A DNA stretch of 64,000 nt, taken from positions 12,400,001-12,464,000 of the forward strand of contig NW_027266270.1 of assembly GCF_022045235.1 (NCBI RefSeq), in the 5' to 3' direction. This DNA is from Haliotis cracherodii (lineage: Eukaryota). The translations under genes and the position numbers were made by a program. Below the pieces are notes generated by a model, which was not told where the DNA came from, ran no database searches, and worked only from the letters and a program-made list of their open reading frames with translations. Positions 35,226-46,065 of this stretch are shown piece after piece. Every line of letters starts with the position of its first letter. Position 1 is the first letter of the stretch.

Positions 35226-35506
35226 GAATCAGGTTGTAAACCAGTCGTTCTTTATTGTTTGCAACAACAGACACAAATTATGTAATATTCTTATGTAAGC
35301 TAACCGGAATAGTTTGATTGAAACGATTTTTAAAAATGTTATACTTGTCTTTCATTTCAACTCTCTCTTCTATGAATGTTATATATATTCGTACCGATAA
35401 TAATTTGCATAAGGATGCATCCGATTGTAAGTTTCTATTAAGAACAGGATTAACCAGAACAAACTTCATTATCAGTCTATCTTGATACGTTTATTAACCA
35501 AGCATA

Positions 35507-35830
35507 CAGACAGACAGACAGACAAATTATTCGGTACTTCAGGCCACCGGCCCATTATACAATGGAAATATACTGTATATATATGTTTGCATACTGGGTA
35601 GATTTAATAATGATTTATCGTTCCACACTGTTTCCTTTCGATGTTCATGACCTGGGAGAGAAACTTACCTAAGCCTTTTATAATTTCTTCGTTTTCGGCT
35701 GACATAAGTCTTATAAAATTCTCAATAGAGGGAGGGGTAACGAGACGCTTGGGAAAAGAGTTTCTTCTTGCTCTAGAATATTGGTCACAAATCATAAGAA
35801 CATGGAATTCGTCTTCTACAAGCATACATA
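35507..35830 (-). mobile_element. 5'-truncated LINE 3' end (CR1/L2-like ORF2 C-terminus)
   Basis: VEDEFHVLMICDQY...NFIRLMS..IIKGLGKFL followed by a (TCTG)n tail; absent from the mirror arm. Confidence 0.7.
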
Positions 35831-35923
35831 CTGTCTTATAAAGGCAAATAATACATATTAATATATTGTGCCATATGAGCCACATTGTGGAAACACGTGT
35901 CATTGTAATCACTTCACGTGTGC

Positions 35924-36192
35924 GTGAAGATCCGGGTAGAGAATAGGTCTTCAGCAAACCCATGTTTGCCATAAGAGTCGACTATCCTTGCCGTAAGAGG
36001 AGACTAACGGAATCGGGTGGTCAGGCTCGCTGACTTGGTTTATGCATGTCATCGTATCCTATAATTGCTTGGATCGATGTTCATGACTTCAACCACTGGA
36101 TTGTCTGTACCGGACACGATTATTTACAGACCGCCGTCATATAGCTAGAATTTTGCTGAGTGCGGCGTTAAGCAACAAACAAACAAACAAAG
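35924..36192 (+). mobile_element. SINE (family 3)
   Basis: CGTGAAGATCCGGGTAGAG head and (AAAC)n tail. Confidence 0.82.
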
Positions 36193-36406
36193 GTACATTG
36201 CAAAGGAGCTAATTCATAACATTCAAAATCACATACTTCTAGGTTACGGAAACATGCGAGTGCTGACGAATGCATCCATATCTCCAGAAGACTTTGTTTC
36301 CCCCACTTCTAAACCTAAGCAGTAATTCATATATGACAAGTCCCAAATACTTTTCAGAAAACTATTGCATTGCTGCTGTGGAATGACACCATCAGAAGAA
36401 AGTATT

Positions 36407-38659
36407 CTACCAAACAGACCCTGTAATAAGTATACGAAACAACAAGTAAAAGCAAACACTGCTGACGCAGTAGACCGAGGTTGATGTAAAACCGCAATCA
36501 TGGCCTCTTATATTAATATGGACAGCGGTATATGGTTCGTTTTGAAATAGTGACGGTCCGTGCCATAACATTATATCCTCTACACGATCCTCACTGTTTT
36601 CATACTGGTTGAGAATAACGAAATTGTCAAAGACATCGGAAATCAAGTTTGGTTGCAATGGTAAGAGGGCTACATTTCTGTTGCTGATATAACCGTCGTG
36701 GAATCTCTGTATGATAAGGCGTATTTCAAAATCATTCTGAAATCGGCTGTCAACATACTCTTGTGAGACAATGACGAGAAATTTCCAGCTCTCCTCAATC
36801 AGCCTTGAAACAGCCTCGGTAACAATGTCATGTCCGAGAACATCATTATCACGAAAACACACTCTCAAACCCCGCGAGGTGAGAGCTTGGGCGATTTCAG
36901 TCGCCATTGCCATCTGTTCATCTGCATACGAAATGTAGAGGTCGTATTTAACAACAGTGTTGTCTGCTGGCGCAAGTCCTGCTAGCGTACCTCTTCCTTG
37001 GATTGGTTGGATGTTGACTCGTCTCCTCCCAAGTATCATGTTGATGATTGGATTGGTCACCCATGTCAATATCGTTCTGGTCAAAATCCAAGCCAGTCCT
37101 ATACAAAATGATAGTCCAAAGAGGAATATCTGCTTTTCTTTGTAAAAGAAGTGACTTGATAGATCCTCCAGCCACATTTCAAGAAACTCTTGTTTATCAA
37201 CATCCTCCCAACAAGACGACTTTGGCAACGGAAGAAGTTTCTTTGAGCCTTTGTTATACAAGTCCAAGAGATGGGGCTTCTCGGGAACAAGTTCTACAGT
37301 GTCGGGATATTCCACATCAATAACTTGGTATGTTCCAAGGGTCGTATTGTAGAACTGGCGATAGAAGACGAATTTGTGGACTCCGTATGTGTTAGGACAA
37401 ACACATTGCCAGCTTGTGCCGCCAACGCCCTCCACCATCCGAAGTTGTTGGTAGAAGGCAGGAATGTTTGAGTAATGGCCACCATCATGCCACAGGAACC
37501 AGTACAGGAACACAAATAAGGAGCATGACTGATCAAGGCCCTCGCATGTTTTAATGAAGGACCTTCCGTTGATTTCATGATCAAATTCAATGAGTCTGGG
37601 CGTGTCATCCAGATTCATATAAGACGCACTCGTAGAAACTATACCACCTATTGGAACAGACACCGTTCTTCTCGTAGGTTTGATCTTTGCTAAATTGAAC
37701 TCTGCAGTCCACTCATACGGTAAAACACTGAAGTTCTTGTGAGCCCAATCCTGAGAAAGACAGGGACATCGGTTATGTCCCTCGCGTGTATTGGGACATT
37801 CTCTGACTTTATTTTTGACTTTTTCTTTTGTTGCCGTTCGGGTCTGTTTTGAGTCTTTTCCTGATTTACTGTCCTGCGATTTTATAGCAATAGCGTCTTT
37901 GGCAACATGACAGGAAAATTTTCCAAAATCATCGTTATTAATTAGAAAAATTTCGAGTTTTGATTCAACACGATATAAATGAAGGTCCATGTCAAGTCGA
38001 CTCGACACTGTTCTGATAGTGTCATTTTCCGGTATTTCGTCAAACGACGTGGTGATGTGGTGTCGGGATGACGATTCAATTCTTTGTTTATTATGCTTCC
38101 AGATGACCTGTTTCTCGTGAAATGTTACTCTTCCATTGAAAATCAAGATGTCCTCACACACGAGTCTTACATCTTCACCCTCATACCTGGCTTGTCGCTC
38201 GAGTTTCATGGGTTCTAGGGTGCGGAGCTCACGAACAACAAAGTCAGGCCTAGTTTCGAATATACCCACGACGTTGCTCTCCAGTCTCTTGATGAAGTTG
38301 GATTCAAAAGTGTTCCACGTCTATACAGCTGATCTGTCCAAAACAACCGTAACAAAGATATAACTCGACACGACGATGAACATGCCACACAGGAACACCC
38401 TCCAACCGCCATATCTCAGCACAGACTTCCGGGCAGAACTTCTCAACAGAGCAACAATGGGGTTCAGGAAACAGTATCCAAAATACAGCAGCTTATACCA
38501 ATTAATGAAACACAAGTCAGGGCTGTTTGGGTTGGTAAACAAGTCGATGATAGGACAAAGGTTCAGCGCTAAGCCAGCAGAAAGCACACATAAAAAGGCT
38601 GATGTTGAAATGGGTGGTTTCCTCATACCCCGAGAAGACAGCTGGCACCGTTCGTCCAT
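36407..38659 (-). pseudogene. Ig-TIR paralog B': full-length frame with one in-frame TAG at 38323-38321 (TGG/Trp in B)
   Basis: ORFs 38321..38668 and 36407..38269 are in the same frame. B' reads GCT GTA TAG ACG TGG where B reads GCT CTA TGG ACG TGG; otherwise the frame is intact through to GSVW*. Confidence 0.8.
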
Positions 38660-38759
38660 GTTATACACACTGGCTGTTCAGCTGAGGATAGAATAATAAA
38701 CACCTTATAATCACCACTATTCAAAGAGTAATTGCCCCCTTATCAAAACAAATCTAAAA

Positions 38760-39790
38760 TGTATTCTACTATGACTTCGGTAAATACTCGTATTTGATTG
38801 GTCAATCAGAGGTATCAAATCACAATAACCCCCACACCCACCCCTGTTTGAAACAGCCGATTTGACGGCCGCATCAGCGTGGAAGCTAATATTTTTAGAC
38901 TAGTACTTCTTTTACAGTCATTGTCGGTGGGCATTTTAAACAAATTATATGTACAATTATACGCTATAAAAATTGCAAAGTTTCGGTTACTATGATATTC
39001 AAAGGATGTGTGTCAATAATTGCATGCAGAAAACAGGATAGGAATCTGCGTCACAATGAGCGACATGACGCCATAATAGTGACGTGTGGTGTAGAACGAA
39101 ATCTTTGCAGGTCGTGCTTGGTTTTCTTCAGGGGTGCCCACCTCATGTTAGCTTTCGATGTTGCCGTGCTACATGCTTTCACTGCCTGTCATAAGTTCGT
39201 GTGAAGTATTACGGTGTAAACAAACTGCTTGAGCATATAGAGCGCCAGCTATTGTTTAAAGGCTGTTGTCGGTGATGCCGTAAATTCTGATAGACAACCC
39301 ACTTAAAACACCGAACTCAACCCATGCCGCTTCACTTATGTATGTTCTGACCCGTGAAGATTCCGGGGTAGAATAGGTCTTCAAAAACCCAAACTTGCCG
39401 TAAAAGGCGACTAACGGGATCGGGTGGTGCATGTCATCGATCCCAATTGCGTGGATCGATGCTCATGATATTAATCACTGGATTGTCTGGTCCAGACTCG
39501 ATTATTTACAGACCGCCGTCATACAGCTGGAATATTGCTGAGTGCGGCGTTAAACAACAAACTAACCAATCAACCAATATAATTTTCTAACACCAAAGAG
39601 TTCGCCTTTTATTTAGTCATGGTAGAATGGAGATAAACATACTGTGTTTTCAATGTAGAGCCAGGTTACCTGCAGAATAAACCCCGCTAAATTTAACATT
39701 TTCGCGTTCCGTTCCAAATTCAGTTTAGCGAGGTTAATCTACAGATAGCCTAGCTCTTCATTGAAAACACATTATACTTATCTCCTTAAT
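38760..39790. mobile_element. Element with an IR-bounded body and an approximately 155-bp terminal hairpin; contains a family-3 SINE (39350-39577)
   Basis: IR ATTCTACTATGACT / AGTCATGGTAGAAT; palindrome AGATAA..TGTGTTTTCAATG...CATTGAAAACACA..TTATCT at 39631-39785. Confidence 0.6.
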
Positions 39791-40633
39791 ATACATGGCT
39801 CAATATGGTGTGAAAATGTTAACTTAAAGTTCAATTTTGAAGCCGTTAAGTGAAAATACATGTGTCTAAAAATACACTGCCTAAGGTAACCGATAAAGAG
39901 TCTTTGTCAAGCTGTGTTGAAAATGGGAGATATATTTCATTCCGAGTCTGCCGATTCTATATCACGGCTGTCAAAATAGACGCCGCCAGGAAACATTATT
40001 ACTTGTACAAGCATACCTTATTCACTCGTATAGGAAAGCAGGATTCAGCAGTTTTTCAATATATATATACTCCGGGTACTTTGAAAGGCAACACGCATCT
40101 GGGCTGTTGTTGATAAACAACTTCGTATACGTAATGTATTCAGTGACAGTGGTTGTGCAATACCAGGTTGCGTTTTGGAGACGATATCAATACCTAGTTT
40201 TCCTTTGTTATGTATACTCGACAGAGAACGCTTAGTGCGATAACCATACATTGATTTTATATCTTTGTTGCCGTTATTGAGTTTGAAACAGCTTGCACTC
40301 AACAATATCCAGCTGAATGACGTAGTCTTGGAAATAATCGAGTCTGGACCAGCCATTCCAGCGACTGATATCTCGGTTCTGACGACCAGCACTGGGTAAG
40401 GCTGAAAAAAGTTGGAGAATGGCTGTGATGCATGTTGATCAATGCCGCGGAATATGTTTGTGAACACAAAGTTCCAGCACCCCTCTTCTGCAATTATCTT
40501 CTTTTCATGGGAATAGAAGAACTTCCGAGACTTCTCCTATTTATAAGCCCCAGGCCTAATTACGGAAAATAGCGCTTTCTCATTTAAAATATGTTATCCG
40601 GAATTAAGCCCAGGGCTCAATTTCGGAAGCTAA

Positions 40634-41767
40634 CGCCCCCTTCACATACACGGATTTTTCTTACGAGTCCTTACGGATCGCACACATTCACGGATTCTTA
40701 CGATTTGGCCACTTTTACGACCGATTTAAGAGTTGTTACGAGTTATTACGAGCTATTTACGGTTTATTACGGATTATTACGATGTATTTACGGCAAAATT
40801 ATACGATTTGCTACGAGCAACTTACGGGCATTTTACGAGGTTGTTACGGATTGTTACGAGTATATTACGGATTGTTACTATTCATCGAAGCATATACGTG
40901 TTAGTTAGGACCTGTTTACGTGTTGTTACGAATAGTTACGAGTTAGTTACGAATATTTACAAGTCCTTACGATTTTTTGCCAAAAAATATATATATCCTG
41001 CAAATCTCAATGTATCATCATTCGACAAGTGACACCAAGAGAGACAACATGGCATATGAGAGAAACCGATTGCAGTTATATATTTCGAAGCGCAGGAGAC
41101 TTCTTGTTGACTGCCTTCTTCTTTGGAGCCATGCTTGTAGATATTGTGGAGTAGATATGCAGAGATGTGACTTCTATGACTTCTGAATAACATCTGAAAA
41201 TGAAGTGTTCGCTTTTGCAGCTTTTATACCTTCCCCCAAATCGTAAACATTACTTTAGAAGACGTAAAGTATACGTATCTATTCGTAAAGTACTCGTTAC
41301 TGCACGGAAAGTGCTCGTAATAACTCGTAACAATCCGTAAAGCCATCGTAACACGACCCGAATGAAATCGTAAACAGCACGTAAGCACTCGTAATAAAAC
41401 GTAAATTATCCGTAAACAAATCGTAAACTAACCGTAACAAATCGTAAAAACATTGTTACGATCCATTTACGGATTCTTGCGAGCAGTTTACGGATGGTTA
41501 CGTGTTGTTGCGAGCGGTTTACGATACTTACAGATTGTTACGAGTTATTTACGAAAATATCAAGCCGTGGACAATCGTAAGATGACTTTTGACATGTAAA
41601 AAAAATTGCCTCTCCTTTTACGGATCCTTAAGAGTGTCTGCGAGATGTTGCGAGTTGTGACGAGTTATTTACCGATACCAGCGAGTTATTTACGGATGCT
41701 TGCGATTGACTACGAGTTGGCGATCCGTAAGGACTCGTAAGAAAAATCCGTGTATGTGAAGGGGACA
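40634..41767. mobile_element. PIF/Harbinger-like MITE
   Basis: About 45-bp TIRs CCCCTTCACATACACGGATTTTTCTTACGAGTCCTTACGGATCG, TAA on both flanks, and dense internal TTACG(A/G) motifs. Confidence 0.85.
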
Positions 41768-42353
41768 TAAATAGGGGGGAAACCCTTTGCTGAAAAGCAA
41801 TTAGAAACTGTTAAGTTGTTTTTAACAGAGAAAGTATAACACGTGAATTTGAACTTTGAACCGGACTTACTGTTGAATGCACATAAGGATTTGCCTCGCG
41901 TGGTGCATCGCCACGTATTAACTTTCAAAAGGAGTAAGTTATAAATTTAAGGAAGATCACTCTAATATAAGTATCCGAATTAAGTCCATGGGCCTTTCTA
42001 AGTCCATGAGCGCAATTACGTAGTGTACGTGCATTCTGCAACACCGAACATATTACCTGTTAAACCCAACTCCGGTTGATGTAGCCAAAATACGTTACTG
42101 TACATAAACGAAGCCGGGTAAAGCCCAAGATGTATAAATAGATAGTTGCGTCAACCGAGAAAGCGAGGTCCTCAGGATCAGCGACGCCCCGAATCAATAG
42201 GCATCTGCACTCGTTTGTGCCTGTACGTTTGCGTGCCCAACACAAAATTTAAATATGCGTAGCTAGGTTTCGCAGGCCTGCAGGTAGAATTTGATGTGCG
42301 TGTTGCATGTTATAATGGCCTGTTGGAACCGACCATTGGCGAGCGACTTGCAA

Positions 42354-42965
42354 TAAGTTATAGTTACAACACACCAAGACGAGTTGTTTGGGCAGTAAGA
42401 GCACGGTTTGGCTTGGCATTTGATTGACAGACAAAAGGACCGAGGAGCGGAGCCCCGAGGTGATTCTTTTGTCTGTCAATCAAATGCCAATCCAAACCGT
42501 TCTCTTACTGCCCAAACAACGAGTAGGTGGGGTGTTGTAAGTGACTTGTAGCACGGGTTGCGACGGTCATTCCATTTAACGTTTAACTTTTAATCTTATT
42601 GTTAAATCAAGTGTAAACTTTTGAATTTTCAAAGGCACATTAGAAATGTCAACTATTAATTTTCCGAATTTAGCAAAATGCGTTCTGTGTCCAGTTGTTT
42701 TTATGTTTGACAGTTACATTGTAATCTTTTAATTAAGTTATAAACATTTCTATTGTTTTTTGTTGTTTATTTACGTTATTACTCTTGAACACTGTGTACA
42801 ACACTAAAGAAACATTGTAAGTTTGAAATTTCTCAAGCTAGTAGGCGGGGCTTGCTGATCTTGGCATCAGCCAAGTGTAATAATCTTTAACAAACCGTGC
42901 TCTTACTACCATGATACAGCACGGGTAAGATCAAAGGTACCGCTCGCAACCCGTGCTACAATGTA
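42354..42965. mobile_element. Hairpin-ended non-autonomous element (copy 2, uninterrupted)
   Basis: Hairpin 42355-42548 with arms of about 85 bp and central CCGAGGAGCGGAGCCCCGAGG; same IR-bounded body as copy 1. Confidence 0.8.
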
Positions 42966-43311
42966 TTTCACTGTGTACCACGGATACTTCCGAGGTACTA
43001 GTAGGTTTTCATTCTGTTAAAATGTATAAAAATGTGTTTATATGTTGCTAAGGAACAGGGGGCCTAGCCAATTAGCTTGAAGCAAATTATAAAGTCGACT
43101 ACACCAATATCCTTTCCACTATGGGCCATCCTACTCACGGATATAGATGAAACTATGCCATAAACCGTGATATACCGTGGAACAAACATATGTCCTACTC
43201 TTATAAAGGATCGATTTAGCGACTAGGATCCTGAATACAATCGCTGGCCGCGCACCTTATCAGTGAAAGGAGTGTTAGGGGCATCGCTTGAGAAAGAGTT
43301 CCTGCTCTTTC

Positions 43312-43436
43312 GTGAGTGAGTATGGTTTTACGCCGCTTTTAGCAATATTCCAGCAACATCACGACCCGGGACACCAGAAATGGACTTCACACATTGTACC
43401 CATGTGGGGAATGGATCCCGGGTCTTCGGCGTGACA
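43312..43436 (-). mobile_element. Truncated family-1 SINE
   Basis: GTGAGTGAGTATGGTTTTACGCCGC...GGTCTTCGGCGTGAC. Confidence 0.8.
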
Positions 43437-44733
43437 ACTGCAAGAGGCACTTTCCTAGGGATGCATTATGACCCCTCGTGACTTTCATTGCTTTGCTGAT
43501 ATTGTAACGTCAGCAAACGTTTTGGGGACCAACCATTTGATATTAGGGGGTATGGGTTTTTATTGAGAAAAAACCCATTGTCCCCAAAAAGTCTTGAAAA
43601 ACATAATTATGCTTCAGACTGCTTGACGTGCCTTCCATTACTTGTGTCAATATGGTGTTAGCAAAAGCGTCTATGCTTGTCTTAAGAGGCGACTAACGCG
43701 ATCGGGTGGTCAAGGCTCGCCAACTTGGTTGATGCATGTCATCGTATCTCAATTGCTTTGAGTGATGCTCATGATGTCACTGGATCGTCTGGTCCAGACT
43801 CGATTATTTACAGACCGTCGTCATATAGCTGGAACACTGCTAAGTATGGCGTCAAACAAAATACCATGTGGTAGTGATAGGTATAAGTCTGGTTAGATGT
43901 TGACCCCTGAACGTGTCATTAACAGGTCATGTGACTTTTCTCAGCCAATCAGAACAGACTGGATGGCTTTCAAATCGCAAGCATTACATAGGTAATGGCA
44001 TATCCAACACAAGTGATTACTAAATGTCTTTGTTTAGACCCAATACAAAGTGAAATATATCTTAAAACAATTTAGGGGAAGACCGTTTCCAAAACCATCT
44101 TGTGCATCAGGTCATTGTTTATCTGGATGAAATGCCCAGCTTACTTTCTATAAATATAAACTAGGTCATGTCTGACAAGTGCTTCTAGTGCGGACATGCA
44201 GTGAGTGATAAACATAGATATCAACAGTGAACATGACACCCCTAAAGTTCAATCGATAAAGTACAACACTAAGTGACTTTCTATGATACTGTAATCTTAT
44301 TTACTTTACTGTCAAAATCATGGGGGGATATTTGCAGATAGATCGTGATATAAGGAAACTAGGTAACGCTTATGATTGACAAGGTTCGGATTACGCTTAC
44401 TGCTTATAGAGCTTCAATAACAGTATTAACTAAAACACTATAGTATTGAAGCTCACGAGAACCCTTAAATGTGAGGATGGGGAAATACAAGAAACATTTT
44501 TTTAAATCTTTATTTTGCACAACACAAAGACCATGCATCATTATTTGTGATTGAGCCATTCATGACAAATGACCTGAATACTTAAGGCGTCTTTAACATG
44601 GCGAACCGGTCAAGCAATCAACATGAACATATAATAATAACAATGGCGTGTTGAGAATTTTGCTCAACCGTTCCACGGCCAACATCTACATACACACAGA
44701 GGATTTGCTGCAAAACCGAGTTTAGAATCAATA

Positions 44734-45063
44734 TACCGTATAGACGTAATAAGCGCGTTGCTCTAAGAAGCGCCCACGGCGATATTTGCTCATTTTTTGG
44801 CTAGTGAACAATCTCAATTAGCACCCCTTCCAACTGTACACAAGACTTATTTATTCGTGTATAATACGCACTCGTATGTTATATACACCCTTAATTATGG
44901 GCAATTAAATCCTGGAAAAATATTTCTGTCGTATATAAACATTTCAGGTTGTCAGCATAAGCCACGAAATTTACGATCTTTCGACTCAAAATAATATTCT
45001 AATAAGAGCCCCCTATTTCTAATTTTGAGAGCGCCCTGGGCGCTTATTACGTCGAATACGGTA
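44734..45063. mobile_element. pogo/Tigger-type MITE
   Basis: TACCGTATAGACGTAATAAGCGC...GCGCTTATTACGTCGAATACGGTA. Confidence 0.75.
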
Positions 45064-46065
45064 ATTCTGTATACAGATGCCTTTCATTTTTTTAATGTGT
45101 CTTTTCACCCCCTCTCTACACACCGCCATGCTGAGCTACAAAATGGACACCATTAAACGTGTACAAATAACTCAGAAATACTGGTATTTCCTACTATTGT
45201 ACTTATCTTTTACAACTAAATCATTCCTGGACGTTAAGCAAAATAATCTAGTCAATTACAACACATGGTGCGGGTGTGTGCACACACACCCTTTTATTAT
45301 TTCGAAAAAAATCTTTATTTCTGTATAAATTACCACCAAGGACAATATATAGATCTTAATTGTGCACCCCCCTCCTTTTCAAAAAGCTGTATCCGCCCAT
45401 GGTACCTATACTATTACATATATATTCTGAATGTATAAATCCAAGTCACTAGGACTGACCAACCGATCCTGTTTAAGTGGCCCTTTAGACATATTCCATC
45501 CCAGAATCCTCACAGGGTCCATACACAATGTAGAAGAAAATTATGGTCATCATAATAATTGCATCCCTCTTTTACCCAATGGGCTTTTGTTCAGAACATG
45601 CTCAGCCCATGCACATATCCTAACCTCATAATCCTAAACTAATTAGCATAAGGTGCACCTATTTCTTTAAATATTTCATTTTCATCAAAGGCTTGTTTCA
45701 AAGCTTGCCACACCAAGCCCACTTTCCTGTGCTAAAAATGATTGGACTATCGCACATATAGATAGTCCAATTAGAGAACGTTTCACAAAATCAACATCCA
45801 CGACTGGTACACCTTCGTATGAAAGTGGTTTACCGCTGGGATATGTCTTTTTCATCTTCAATTGGATATCGCGTTTTCATTACAAGGGGCACAACTCGTA
45901 GTCTACGCGAGGTGGCGCCAGGGTTGAGCCAAGAAAAGTGGCCTTGTTGTGGCAAGGGTAGAAACTAGGCTTTGATATAGGCTAGTGGACACGCTTGCCT
46001 TGAGAAGATGTCCATACCACATCAATGGTCCATATATGCCTTCAATCAAACAAACCATTTTACAA

